Assembly (NCBI GenBank): GCA_900552555.1
Contig: URZW01000003.1
Coordinates: 40,680 to 104,679 of the forward strand
DNA length: 64,000 bases
Source of the DNA: an uncultured Clostridium sp.
Lineage (GTDB): Bacteria; Bacillota; Clostridia; TANB77; CAG-508
Reading direction: 5' to 3'
Below the pieces are notes generated by a model that saw nothing but the letters and a program-made list of their open reading frames with translations, did no database searches and had not been told where the DNA came from. The position numbers and the translations under genes are program-made. Shown here in pieces: positions 10,728 to 23,009 of the stretch. The first letter of the stretch is position 1, and each line of letters starts with the position of its first letter.

Positions 10728-11747
10728 ATGTCAGTAAAAGTAGCCATTAATGGATTTGGACGTATAGGACGTCTAGCATTTAGACAAATGTTTGGAGCAG
10801 AGGGATATGAAATCGTAGCAATAAACGACTTAACAAGTCCTAAAATGTTAGCTCATTTATTAAAATATGATTCAGCACAAGGAAGATATGAAAAAGCTGA
10901 AACAGTAGAAGCAGGAGAAGATTCAATAACAGTAGATGGAAAAACAATCAAAATATATTCAGAAAAAGACGCTGCAAACTTACCATGGGGAGAAATAGGA
11001 GTAGATGTAGTTCTAGAATGTACAGGATTCTATACATCTAAAGATAAAGCACAAGCACACATTGATGCAGGAGCTAAAAAAGTTGTAATTTCAGCACCAG
11101 CTGGAAAAGATTTACCAACAGTAGTTTATGGTGTAAATGAAAAAATATTAACACCAGAAGATAAAATAATATCAGCAGCATCATGTACAACAAACTGTTT
11201 AGCACCAATGGCAAAAGCATTAAATGATTATGCACCAATTCAATCAGGAATAATGACAACAGTTCATGCTTACACAGGTGACCAAATGGTATTAGATGGA
11301 CCACACAGAAAAGGTGATTTAAGAAGAGCTAGAGCAGCAGCTGTTAACATTGTACCAAATACAACAGGAGCAGCAAAAGCTATCGGACTAGTTATACCAG
11401 AATTAAATGGAAAATTAATTGGTTCTGCACAAAGAGTTCCAGTACCAACAGGTTCAACAACAATATTAGTTGCAGTTGTTAAAGGAGAAAACATTACAGA
11501 AGAATCAATAAATGCAGCAATGAAAGCTCAAAGTAGCGAATCATTTGGATATACAGATGAATACTTAGTATCTTCAGATGTTATAGGAATGAGATATGGT
11601 TCATTATTTGATTCAACACAAACTATGGTAACAGAAATCGGAGACGGTTTATATCAAGTACAAGTTGTTTCTTGGTATGATAATGAAAATTCTTATACTA
11701 GCCAAATGGTTAGAACAATTAAATATTTTGCTGAATTAGGTGAATAA
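10728..11747 (+). CDS. gap: Glyceraldehyde-3-phosphate dehydrogenase, type I
   Basis: NGFGRIGR Rossmann motif, the catalytic [10 protein letters not shown], and the conserved C-terminus WYDNE. RBS AAGGAGG. Confidence 0.9.
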   Translation: MSVKVAINGFGRIGRLAFRQMFGAEGYEIVAINDLTSPKMLAHLLKYDSAQGRYEKAETVEAGEDSITVDGKTIKIYSEKDAANLPWGEIGVDVVLECTGFYTSKDKAQAHIDAGAKKVVISAPAGKDLPTVVYGVNEKILTPEDKIISAASCTTNCLAPMAKALNDYAPIQSGIMTTVHAYTGDQMVLDGPHRKGDLRRARAAAVNIVPNTTGAAKAIGLVIPELNGKLIGSAQRVPVPTGSTTILVAVVKGENITEESINAAMKAQSSESFGYTDEYLVSSDVIGMRYGSLFDSTQTMVTEIGDGLYQVQVVSWYDNENSYTSQMVRTIKYFAELGE

Positions 11748-11757
11748 TATAAGTTAA

Positions 11758-11790
11758 GAGCAAGGCAGTAATATTGTCTTGCTTTTTATA
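11758..11790 (+). terminator. Rho-independent terminator of gap
   Basis: AGCAAGgcagtaatattgtCTTGCT followed by TTTTT. Confidence 0.7.
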
Positions 11791-12075
11791 AATTTATAGA
11801 ACAAATGGCGACTTGATGCAAATGAAACATTAAAAATGCCCCTTTTAATTAGTTGTTTTTGTCGAATTTTGCGGTCGATTTTTTATATAAATTTTATGAT
11901 TTATATTTACAAATTTATAATACTGTGATATACATAATACAGCTGTATAGATATATAGTTTTGATTCAAATTTTTAAATTAACTTTTAATCGAGTAGATT
12001 CCCATAAAATTAAATAAAATTTAAGTATAATTAACGGAGAAAAATTTTAAAAAATAAACTTTGAAATAAATATTG

Positions 12076-12105
12076 ACTTTTAAAATTTTTAATATTATAA
12101 TATTT
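12076..12105 (+). promoter_or_regulatory. Putative sigmaA promoter (TTGACT-17-TATAAT)
   Basis: TTGACTtttaaaatttttaatatTATAAT lies about 95 nt upstream of the 12199 ORF. Confidence 0.4.
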
Positions 12106-12198
12106 TTACAAAAATAAATTATAAATATTTTAAATTGTTTGTCTAAAAAGTAAATATTTCTATATAGCGAGTATTTAATGGAAGGAGGTATGTAAATA

Positions 12199-12537
12199 AT
12201 GGAGGAAAAAATATTAAAAGAACTTGAGAATATTAATGTACAACTTAAGGAGATGAACCAGAGATTTGATGGAGTTGATCAGAGATTTGATGGAATAGAC
12301 CAAAGGTTTGAAAAAATAGATCAAAGATTTGAAGAAATAGATCAAGGGTTTGACAAAAAATTAAATGAAACTATAGCAGCAATATCTAAAGATGTAGGAA
12401 AACAAATTGAAGAATTATGTATTAAAATTGAAAAAAGGGATAATAGAGAACACTCTAAAATATTAAATGAATTAGAAGAGCATAAAAGAAGAACTAAAAA
12501 AGGTATAGAAACATTTGAAAAAATACTTGCTTGTTAA
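12199..12537 (+). CDS. Small coiled-coil protein with tandem DQRF heptad repeats
   Basis: Good RBS (GGAGG). Five tandem 21-bp DNA repeats at 12256-12360 encode (V/I)DQRF(D/E)x(I/V). Confidence 0.5.
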   Translation: MEEKILKELENINVQLKEMNQRFDGVDQRFDGIDQRFEKIDQRFEEIDQGFDKKLNETIAAISKDVGKQIEELCIKIEKRDNREHSKILNELEEHKRRTKKGIETFEKILAC

Positions 12538-12722
12538 GTTATATTTAAAAAGTATGTAACCATAGTAACATGAAATTAACAAAATTTTTCCAAAAACCTT
12601 GATAAATCCAAGAAAATATAGTATACTATTCAAGGTAAACCTTTTACTTAGCTTTTCAAGCGAAGCACCAAAGCTAAAAGCTCAGTTGAAGGAGTAAATA
12701 AAAATAGGAGGTGTAACGAAAA

Positions 12723-12986
12723 ATGACAAAGGAAAGAAAACAAGAAATCATTAACACATATAAAAGAGAAGAAAAAGACACTGGTTCACCAGAAGTACAA
12801 ATCGCTCTTTTAACAGAAAGAATTAATGAATTAACAGAACACTTAAAAGTACATGTTAAAGATAATCACTCAAGAAGAGGATTATTAAAAATGGTAGGTA
12901 AAAGAAGAAACTTATTAAACTACCTAGCAAAAAAAGATGTACAAAGATACAGAGACATCGTTGAAAAATTAGGATTAAGAAAATAA
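12723..12986 (+). CDS. rpsO: 30S ribosomal protein S15
   Basis: 87 aa, with [28 protein letters not shown] structured leader lies upstream. Confidence 0.9.
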   Translation: MTKERKQEIINTYKREEKDTGSPEVQIALLTERINELTEHLKVHVKDNHSRRGLLKMVGKRRNLLNYLAKKDVQRYRDIVEKLGLRK

Positions 12987-12996
12987 TTTCATAAAA

Positions 12997-13037
12997 GAGC
13001 CTATGCAAAACAAAAGATTTAGCATAGGCTTTTTGTG
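12997..13037 (+). terminator. Rho-independent terminator of rpsO
   Basis: AGCCTATGC...GCATAGGCT followed by TTTTT. Confidence 0.7.
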
Positions 13038-13438
13038 GAAAAATAGCAAACAGGGACATTCAAAAATTGGTTGAAAATTCAAGAATATTTAATCAATTTA
13101 AATAATTTTCTGTAAGTTAAAAAAGAGCCGGAAATTTAGGTAAGTAGCTTGTATAATGTACTGGGCAAGCTTAGCGAATGCTAGAAATAAAATCCAGAAT
13201 ATTATAGAGGTTACAATCTAAATGAGGCTCAAAAAAAGAGGGAATATGAGGATACCACAGCAAATCCCTCAAAAAATTTAATAAAAAAGGGAAGAATTGT
13301 GTACTGGACTCAAATTAATAATAAAAGTGAATTCATGTACTGATCCATAAATCCCTCAATTCCTAAAAGGAGGAAAAAACAATGTTTGAATTTATTAAAA
13401 AATGGTGCAAAAAAGAAGAAAAAGGAGAGAAAAATAGT

Positions 13439-15559
13439 ATGTTTAAAGTATACGAAACAGAATTAGCAGGAAGAAAACTAACAATAGAAACAGGAAAATT
13501 TGCAGGACTAGCAAATGGAAGTGTAACAGTAAGATATGGAGACACAGTTGTAATGGTAAACGTTACAGCATCAAAAGAACCAAGAGATGGAATAGACTTT
13601 TTCCCACTATCAGTAGATTATGAAGAAAAATTATATTCAGTTGGAAAAATACCAGGTTCATTCCAAAAAAGAGAAGGAAAACCAAGTGACAAAGCAATAT
13701 TAACATCAAGAGCAATAGACAGACCACTAAGACCATTATTCCCAAAAGACTTCAGAAACGATGTAGTTGTTGTTGCAACAGTTCTTTCAGTAGAACAAGA
13801 CAACTCACCAGAAGTAGCAGCAATGATAGGTGCATCAGCAGCACTATCAATTTCAGATATCCCATTTGGTGGACCAACAGCAGCAGTAAATGTTGGATTA
13901 GTTGATGGTAAAATAGTTATAAACCCAACAGAAGAACAAAGAAAAGTATCTGACTTAACATTAACAGTAGCAGGAACTGAAGAAAAAATAGCTATGATAG
14001 AAGCAGGAGCAAACGAAGTTCCAGATGATGTTATGTTAGAAGCAATTAAAGAAGGTCATAAAGAAATCAAAAAGATTTGTAAATTCATTGAAAAAATGAA
14101 AGAAGAAATCGGAAAACCAAAATTTGAATACAAATCATTTGCAGTTGACCATGATGTATATGAATTTATAGAAGCAAACTTTGCAGAAGATGTAAAACAA
14201 GCACTTCAAGAAGCAGATAAAGAAACAAGAGACAACAATGTAGCAGCAGTATCTGACAAAATTGCAACAGCATATGCTGAAAAATTTGGAGAAGAAGCTG
14301 CAGAAGAACATAAAGCTGATATTGGAGAAGCAATTTACAAATTAGAGAAAAAGACAGTAAGAGATATGATATTCTATGAACATAAAAGAGTTGATGGTAG
14401 AGCAATAGACGAAATCAGACCATTATCATGTGAAATAGATTTATTACCTCGTGTACACGGAAGTGCATTATTTACAAGAGGTCAAACACAAGTACTTTCA
14501 GTTACAACATTAGGAATGATAAGCGAAGAACAAACATTAGACGGAATTGATACAGAAGAATCAAAAAGATATATGCATCAATACAACTTCCCAAGCTACA
14601 GCGTAGGTGAAGCAAGACCACCAAGAGGACCAGGAAGAAGAGAAATAGGACATGGAGCATTAGCAGAGAAAGCATTAGTTCCAGTACTACCTTCAAAAGA
14701 AGAATTCCCATATGCAATAAGAGTTGTATCAGAAGTATTATCATCAAATGGTTCAACATCACAAGCAAGTATATGTGGAAGCACATTATCATTAATGGCA
14801 GCAGGTGTACCAATTAAGAGACCAGTTGCAGGTATATCAACAGGACTTGTAACAAATCCTAATGACGAAAATGACTATGTAATGTTAACAGATATCCAAG
14901 GACTAGAAGACTTCTTCGGAGATATGGACTTCAAAGTTGGTGGAACAGAAAAAGGTATAACAGCAATCCAAGTTGACATCAAAGTTGACGGATTATCATA
15001 CAAAATTATTGAAGAAGCATTTGCTAGAACAAGAGCAGCTAGAAAACATATCTTAGAAGATGTAATGGCACCAGTAATTTCAGAGCCAAGAAAAGAAATA
15101 TCAAAATATGCACCAAGAATAGTATCAACAAAAATAAAAGTTGAAAAAATCAAAGATGTAATCGGAAAAGGTGGAGAAACTATAAACAAAATAATTGATG
15201 CAACAGGTGTTAAAATAGACATCGAAGAGGATGGACAAGTAATGATTTATTCAAATGATTCTGAAAAAGCTAACGAAGCATTAGATATGATAGAAGACAT
15301 TGTTAGAGATGTAGAAGTTGGTGGAATTTATCTTGGAACAGTTACAAGAATAATGAACTTTGGAGCATTTGTAGATCTAGGAGTAGCTGGAAAAGAAGGT
15401 TTATTACACATTTCTAAAATTTCTAAAGAGAGAATTAAGAAAGTTGAAGATGTTCTTCATGTTGGAGATAAAGTAACTGTAAAAGTTACAGATATAGACG
15501 ACCAAGGTAGAATTAATTTAACAGCAATTTTATCTGATGATAAAGAAGATAAAGAATAA
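13439..15559 (+). CDS. pnp: Polyribonucleotide nucleotidyltransferase (PNPase)
   Basis: N-terminus MFKVYETELAGRKLTIETGK, two RNase PH domains, KH and S1 domains (GTVTRIMNFGAFVDL). RBS AAGGAGAG. An alternative in-frame start at 13382 also has a strong SD. Confidence 0.9.
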   Translation: MFKVYETELAGRKLTIETGKFAGLANGSVTVRYGDTVVMVNVTASKEPRDGIDFFPLSVDYEEKLYSVGKIPGSFQKREGKPSDKAILTSRAIDRPLRPLFPKDFRNDVVVVATVLSVEQDNSPEVAAMIGASAALSISDIPFGGPTAAVNVGLVDGKIVINPTEEQRKVSDLTLTVAGTEEKIAMIEAGANEVPDDVMLEAIKEGHKEIKKICKFIEKMKEEIGKPKFEYKSFAVDHDVYEFIEANFAEDVKQALQEADKETRDNNVAAVSDKIATAYAEKFGEEAAEEHKADIGEAIYKLEKKTVRDMIFYEHKRVDGRAIDEIRPLSCEIDLLPRVHGSALFTRGQTQVLSVTTLGMISEEQTLDGIDTEESKRYMHQYNFPSYSVGEARPPRGPGRREIGHGALAEKALVPVLPSKEEFPYAIRVVSEVLSSNGSTSQASICGSTLSLMAAGVPIKRPVAGISTGLVTNPNDENDYVMLTDIQGLEDFFGDMDFKVGGTEKGITAIQVDIKVDGLSYKIIEEAFARTRAARKHILEDVMAPVISEPRKEISKYAPRIVSTKIKVEKIKDVIGKGGETINKIIDATGVKIDIEEDGQVMIYSNDSEKANEALDMIEDIVRDVEVGGIYLGTVTRIMNFGAFVDLGVAGKEGLLHISKISKERIKKVEDVLHVGDKVTVKVTDIDDQGRINLTAILSDDKEDKE

Positions 15560-15588
15560 GTTTTATAAATTATATTTGAATTTTTGAG

Positions 15589-15618
15589 GTGATATTGTTG
15601 ATTCAATATCACTTTTTC
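15589..15618 (+). terminator. Rho-independent terminator of pnp
   Basis: GTGATATTGttgattCAATATCAC followed by TTTTTC. Confidence 0.7.
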
Positions 15619-15637
15619 TATGTTATAGTTTAAAGTT

Positions 15638-16057
15638 GGATAGAAAGTAAAAAAATTTATATTCCTAAGTAGATATATTATTTATAAGTATGAAAATTTG
15701 ATTGAAGTGAAAAATAGAGAATCTTATATAAAAAAATGAGGAATGCTCACGGAAAAAATATATATGTATATGGTTTTAGAATTTTTTCGGTTTCAATACG
15801 CAACATAAGAATTTCTAAAATAAATTAATGGCACCTTTCCACTAAAGTGAACTCTTTCCATTAATTTATTTAAGAAATTCTAATATTGCTCCAATTACAT
15901 TCAAAAATTCTAAAACCATATACATATATATTTTTGGCCTGAGTTAGAGAGTCTAGTTTTTTTATATTAGATTTTCTTTTTGAACGTAATGAATAGTTCA
16001 TACTTATAAATAATATATCTACTTAGGAATATAGAGATTTTTACTTTCTAACCAATT
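15638..16057. repeat. 420-bp imperfect palindrome (long inverted repeat centred near 15845)
   Basis: Outer arms 15638-15693 and 15998-16057 are near-perfect reverse complements. Inner matching blocks are 15754-15787 with 15903-15935, and 15809-15832 with 15858-15881. Confidence 0.75.
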
Positions 16058-16223
16058 AGTAGTATTATCCTTAATGAACTGCAAATTTTCTATTGCTAAA
16101 ATCTTATAATTAATGTATAATATATTTGACAAAAAACAACAGAACAAAGGATAAAATATTAAAAGAATTTAGCTTTAAATTTTTTTTTAAAATTCTGTAC
16201 CTTGAAGAAAGGAAAAGCAATAT

Positions 16224-17598
16224 ATGAAAAAAATAGGAAATATCATATCATGGATAATAATTATTATTATATTAATATTAGCCTTGAATTTTTATAGCAA
16301 GAATAATTTTAATGAATATGTAAGAAGTGAAATGAACTTACACACATCAGAATTTAAAAGAGATAGCGAAGTAAAATATTCAAAAACAAATAGTTATAAA
16401 ATAACATCAAACAATGAAAATGATGCAACATTCTATAAAAAAGTAAAGGTACAAAAAAATATGCCATATAAAGTAACATGTATGGTAAAAACAGAAAATG
16501 TAAAACCAGAAGGAGACATATCAGGAGTAGGAGCACAAATATCAATAATAGGAACAACAGAAAAATCAGTGGCAATAACGGGAACACAAGATTGGCAAAA
16601 AATAGAAATGATATTTAATTCAAAAGATAGAGAAGAAGTGGACATAGGATTTAGACTAGGTGGATATTTAGGAAAATGCATAGGAACAGCATGGTTTAGT
16701 GATTTTACATTTGAAGAAGGAACAATAAGTCAAAATAATAATTGGAAATTTGCATGTTTCATTTTTGAAAATACAGATGTTGTTTTAAATGGAAAAGAGA
16801 TAAATATATCAATGTCAGAAACAGATATTAACGATATAAGAGACACAATAAAAAGATTTGGAGCAAATATAAAAGATTTATCGGGAAATAAAATGACAGC
16901 TGATTATGATACATATATAGTAAAAGACCCAATAACCAAGCTATCATATGATGAAGAATTTGGATATTATGTTGCAGCAGAAGATGTTGAAGATTCAATA
17001 AAAGATGTTGTAAAACAAAATGAGTATGATCATATTTTTGTAATTATCAGATTAGGAAATGAAGAATATAGAAATGATATTCAGGTGAATGATTGGATAG
17101 GTTTGCGGTTCTATGGATTATTATGGAATAGGATATTCTAATATTAGACTACCAAATTCATCAAAAAGTTATATATATAAATATGATTCAAGAGTAAATA
17201 CATTTCCGGAAGAAGTATTTTTACATGAATTTTTGCATTCTTTGGAAAGAACAGCAGAAGAATATGGATATACAATACCAGCACTACATGATAACGAAAA
17301 ATATGGATATAAAAATCAAAATATAATAGGACTTAAGAATTGGTATATAGATTATATGAACAAAACAATAAAAACATCAAATGGAAATATAGGGTTACCT
17401 GCAGAGGTGTATACATTAAAACCAGCTAAAAATTTGGATTTTAAATATTCATATAATATTGATGAATTTCATGAGCCACAAAATGCATTGGAACAAATAA
17501 AACAATTATTTAAAAATATAGTATATAATGTTAAAAACATAGGAAGTTTGTTTAAAGAAAATGTTAATCAGAATTTAGAAGTTAATACAGAAAATTAA
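16224..17598 (+). pseudogene. Secreted/TM-anchored protein with C-terminal HExxH motif, split by a +1 frame change near 17113-17141
   Basis: ORF 16224-17141 (N-terminal TM) and ORF 17113-17598 (FLHEFLHSLE zinc-peptidase-like motif) overlap in different frames. Both frames carry YG-rich sequence at the junction. Confidence 0.4.
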
Positions 17599-17667
17599 AA
17601 ATATATAAATATTTAAATTAAATTATTAACTATTGTTAAAAAATATAATTAAAAAATACAGAAAAGA

Positions 17668-18707
17668 GTGAAAAAAATGAAAGTAACAGATTTTAATTAC
17701 AACTTACCAGAAGAATTAATAGCACAAGTACCACTAGAAAAAAGAGATGAATCAAGACTAATGGTTCTAAATAGAGAAAAACAAACAATAGAACACAAAG
17801 TATTTAAAGACATAATAGATTATTTAGAACCAGGTGATTGCTTAGTCAGAAATAATACAAAAGTTATACCAGCAAGAATTTATGGAAGAAAAGAAACAGG
17901 AGCACATGTAGAATTCTTATTATTAAATAACATAGAAGGAGATATTTGGGAAAGTATTGTAAGACCAGGAAATAAGCTTCATGTTGGAACCAAAGTAATA
18001 TTCGGAGATGGACTACTAGAAGCGGAAATATTAGATATAATGCCAGGTGGAACAAGAAAAGTGGAATTCCATTATAAAGGAATATTTAATGAAATATTAG
18101 ACCAAATAGGACTAATGCCATTACCACCATATATCCACGAAGAACTAAAAGACAATGACAGATATCAAACAGTATATGCAAAATATGAAGGCTCAGCAGC
18201 AGCACCAACAGCAGGATTGCACTTTACACCAGAATTATTAAAGAAGATAGAAGAAAAAGGTGTTAAAATCGCAAATGTAACATTACATGTTGGAATTGGA
18301 ACATTTAGACCAGTAAAAGAAGACGAAGTAGAAAAACACGAAATGCATTCCGAACATTTTTATATTAAGCAAGAAGATTGTGATAAAATAAATGAAACAA
18401 AAAAAGCTGGAAAAAGAGTAATATCAGTAGGAACAACATCATGCAGAGTGTTGGAAACAATTGCAGATGAAAATACTGGAATGGTACAACCAACAGAGGG
18501 AGATACTCAAATATTTATTTATCCAGGATATAAATTTAAATGTATAGATGGATTAATAACAAACTTCCATTTACCACAATCAACATTATTAATGCTAGTA
18601 TCAGCATTAGCTGGAAAAGATTATATAATGAAAGCATACAACGAAGCTGTAGAACAAAGATATCGTTTCTTTAGTTTTGGAGATGCGATGTTTATCGAAG
18701 GGATTTA

Positions 18708-18708
<1 letters not shown>
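17668..18708 (+). CDS. queA: S-adenosylmethionine:tRNA ribosyltransferase-isomerase
   Basis: N-terminus [17 protein letters not shown] and the motif [10 protein letters not shown]; 346 aa. Confidence 0.9.
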
Positions 18709-19983
<1,275 letters not shown>

Positions 19984-20075
19984 CCAAATCGCTAATTTAA
20001 TTTGTACAAATTATAAATATTAGATGTAATAATCGGTATAATTTGTAAACTTATAAGTAAGGAAGGGGAATACAA

Positions 20076-21530
20076 ATGAATTTAATTGATGAAGAGTTAC
20101 AACCAAAGAAAAAAGATAATTCTAAAAAAATGGCAAAGATAATATTAATAATAATATCACTATTAGTAGTTGCGATTATAGGAACTGTTATAGCAATAGC
20201 ATATATACAAGAAAAAACATTTAAATTATATGTAAATGGAAGTCTAAATGAAAAAGTAAAACAAATGATGGTATTAGATGATGATGGAACAATATATTTT
20301 CCAATAAAAGATATAGCAGCATATTTAGGTTATGAAAGCTATAATGGAGAATATACAGATAAATCAGAAGACCAAAGTAAATGCTATGTGCAAGATGATG
20401 ATGAAGTAGCAAACTTTGCTTTGAATTCAAATAAAATTTATAAATTAACATTAGAAAATAGTGATGGAAATTACGATTACTACTATGCTAAAAAACCAGT
20501 AAAAGCTATGAATGGAAAATTATATGCAACTTCAGATGCGATAGAAAATGCATTTAATATATCATTTTCATATAATGCTGATAATCAAAGAGCATATATA
20601 TATACAATGCCATATTTAATTCAATCATATTCATCAAGAGTATTGGATTATGGATATGAAACAATAAGTGATAATTATACAAATGAAAAAGCGGTTCTTA
20701 ATGATATGTTGGTTGTAACAAAAAATCAAGGAAAAGTTTATGCTGTAATAGATGTAAAAGGTAATACTATAATAGAAGCTAAATATGACAATATAGAATA
20801 TTTACCAAATTCGGGAGATTTTTTAGTACAAAGTAATAATAAAGTTGGAATTATATCAGCTAAAAAAGAAACAAAAATTCAATTGTTATATGACAGTCTA
20901 GAATTAATAGATAGTGACACAGGTTTATATTTGGCAAAAAAAGATAATAAATACGGAGTTATAGATTCAAAAGGAAATATCAAGATTTATATAGAATATG
21001 ACCAAATAGGAATAGATAATACAAAATTTGAACAAAACAACATAAAAAACAGATATTTATTAGATAATGGAATGATTCCGGTACAAAAGGATAAATTATG
21101 GGGAGCTTTTGATAAGAACGGAAAGCAAGTCTTGGATTTTGAATTTGATAGTTTTGGATATATTGCAACAAGTAATAAAGATGCAATTAATTTACTGTTA
21201 ATACCAGATTATAATATTTTAGTAGCATGTCAAAATAAAAAATATGCATTAATAAATTCAGCAGGTGAAATGATAATAAGACCAGTTCTTGATGATGCAT
21301 ATATGACAATAAATTCTGGAAAGAAATATTATTATATGAATGCAAATGATAGAAAAATTAATATAACAGAATTTTTAGATGAACAAGGACCAAGTAATAA
21401 TAGTAATAATTCAACAACTGAAAATAAGACAGATGAAAATTCTACAAGTGAAACAACAGATCAAACTCAGACAGGAGAAACTTCATCAACAGATGATGGA
21501 TTTGTTACTGTAACTAATACAGAAGAATAA
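20076..21530 (+). CDS. WG-repeat (KWG) containing membrane-anchored protein
   Basis: N-terminal TM, repeated YGVID/WGAFDKNGK WG-type motifs, and a C-terminal S/T-rich tail. Confidence 0.55.
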   Translation: MNLIDEELQPKKKDNSKKMAKIILIIISLLVVAIIGTVIAIAYIQEKTFKLYVNGSLNEKVKQMMVLDDDGTIYFPIKDIAAYLGYESYNGEYTDKSEDQSKCYVQDDDEVANFALNSNKIYKLTLENSDGNYDYYYAKKPVKAMNGKLYATSDAIENAFNISFSYNADNQRAYIYTMPYLIQSYSSRVLDYGYETISDNYTNEKAVLNDMLVVTKNQGKVYAVIDVKGNTIIEAKYDNIEYLPNSGDFLVQSNNKVGIISAKKETKIQLLYDSLELIDSDTGLYLAKKDNKYGVIDSKGNIKIYIEYDQIGIDNTKFEQNNIKNRYLLDNGMIPVQKDKLWGAFDKNGKQVLDFEFDSFGYIATSNKDAINLLLIPDYNILVACQNKKYALINSAGEMIIRPVLDDAYMTINSGKKYYYMNANDRKINITEFLDEQGPSNNSNNSTTENKTDENSTSETTDQTQTGETSSTDDGFVTVTNTEE

Positions 21531-21536
21531 AAATAA

Positions 21537-21580
21537 TATCCTAATAGGTGCTTATTATGCTCTTATTAGGATATTTTTTA
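21537..21580 (+). terminator. Rho-independent terminator
   Basis: ATATCCTAATA...TATTAGGATAT, an 11-bp stem, followed by TTTTT. Confidence 0.65.
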
Positions 21581-21654
21581 ACTTAATAAAGAATATTTTT
21601 ATACTATTTGAATATACATATATATAGTAAACCAAAGAAACAAGGAGAATATGT

Positions 21655-22875
21655 ATGTTTAATGTAACAGTATTAAAAATGAGAGATATAGTAAAATATC
21701 TTGTAGGAATTATGATAATAATAGGAGTTATTGCATATACTACAAGATTTTTTGCGTATAAGCCAGGAAATAAAGAGAATGTATTAGAAAAAACTAATAA
21801 TACCAGTGTAGGAAAATTGCAAACAATGAAAATGGGGAGCTTAACAAGTTGCTTTGAAAAAACATTACCAGTTGTTGCAGATAATAACGAAAAAAATAAT
21901 AAAGAAAATATAAGTAAATCCAATAATAATTATTTAGAGGGATTTTTAAAAACAGAAATAAGTGCTATAAAAGGTATTGAAGAAACGGAAAAAAATAATG
22001 ATACAAAACAAGAAGCGGAGCAGGCAACATCTAATCAAGATGGCAAGGAAGTAAATAATGGAAATAAAGATGGAAGTGAACAGACAAATTCTGAGCAAAT
22101 TATATTAGCAAGTCAGGATGCTGTAAAAACAGAAGTTGTTACACAAAATCCAATATCTGAAAATGCTAATGTACAATATGGAAGTGTAAAAATAAAAAAT
22201 CAAACAACATATAATTTAACAGAAGATATATTAAATCCAGATATAAAAATAGATAATAAAAATGTTGTGATATTCCATACACATAGTTGTGAAAGTTACA
22301 CACCAAGTGAAAAATATCAATATACGCAAACAGGAAATTATAGAACAACAGATAAAAATTATTCTGTAATTAGAGTTGGAACAGAACTAGAAAATTATTT
22401 AAAACAGTATAATATAAATGTAATACATGACACTTCATATCATGATTATCCATCATATACTGGTTCATATACTCGTTCTTTACAAACAGTGGAAAATATT
22501 TTAAAAACAAATCAATCTGATATTATAATAGATTTACATAGAGATGCTGTAGGTTCTAGACCAGATTATGCTCCAACTGTTAAGATTGGAGATGATTATG
22601 CTGCTCAAATTATGTTTGTTATTGGTACTAATGAGGGTGGTTTGTGGCATCCAAATTGGCAACAGAATTTGAAGTTTGCTATTAAAGTTCAACAAAAAGC
22701 AGAGGAGATGTATCCAGGGTTATTTAAGCCTATTATGCTTACAAAATCTAGATATAATCAACACACAGGAAAGTATGCTAATATTATGGAAATTGGTTCG
22801 ACTGGGAATACTCTCGATCAGTGCTTGACTAGTATGAAGTATTTGTCTGCTGTTATGAATGAGGTTTTGAAATAA
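21655..22875 (+). CDS. spoIIP: Stage II sporulation protein P (SpoIIP)
   Basis: N-terminal TM. C-terminal domain with VVIFHTHSCESY and IIIDLHRDAV, typical of SpoIIP. RBS AAGGAGAA. Confidence 0.75.
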   Translation: MFNVTVLKMRDIVKYLVGIMIIIGVIAYTTRFFAYKPGNKENVLEKTNNTSVGKLQTMKMGSLTSCFEKTLPVVADNNEKNNKENISKSNNNYLEGFLKTEISAIKGIEETEKNNDTKQEAEQATSNQDGKEVNNGNKDGSEQTNSEQIILASQDAVKTEVVTQNPISENANVQYGSVKIKNQTTYNLTEDILNPDIKIDNKNVVIFHTHSCESYTPSEKYQYTQTGNYRTTDKNYSVIRVGTELENYLKQYNINVIHDTSYHDYPSYTGSYTRSLQTVENILKTNQSDIIIDLHRDAVGSRPDYAPTVKIGDDYAAQIMFVIGTNEGGLWHPNWQQNLKFAIKVQQKAEEMYPGLFKPIMLTKSRYNQHTGKYANIMEIGSTGNTLDQCLTSMKYLSAVMNEVLK

Positions 22876-22906
22876 AACTGAGTGAGAGAGGCTCAGTTTT
22901 TTTATG
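22875..22906 (+). terminator. Rho-independent terminator of spoIIP
   Basis: AAACTGAGtgagagagCTCAGTTT followed by TTTTT. Confidence 0.7.
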
Positions 22907-22928
22907 TTATATATTTTTTTTAAAAGTG

Positions 22929-22957
22929 TTGACAAAAAATTTTCTTAAGAATATAAT
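22929..22957 (+). promoter_or_regulatory. Consensus sigmaA promoter (TTGACA-17-TATAAT) of the metal-efflux operon
   Basis: Perfect -35 and -10 hexamers with 17-bp spacing. Confidence 0.6.
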
Positions 22958-22964
22958 AGAATTA

Positions 22965-22986
22965 CATATGAATAGTTATTCATATA
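22965..22986 (+). promoter_or_regulatory. ArsR/CadC-type operator (inverted repeat ATATGAATAgtTATTCATAT)
   Basis: 9-2-9 perfect palindrome just downstream of the -10, and upstream of the ArsR-family gene. Confidence 0.55.
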
Positions 22987-23009
22987 ATCAAATGAAAAGA
23001 GGGTAGAAT

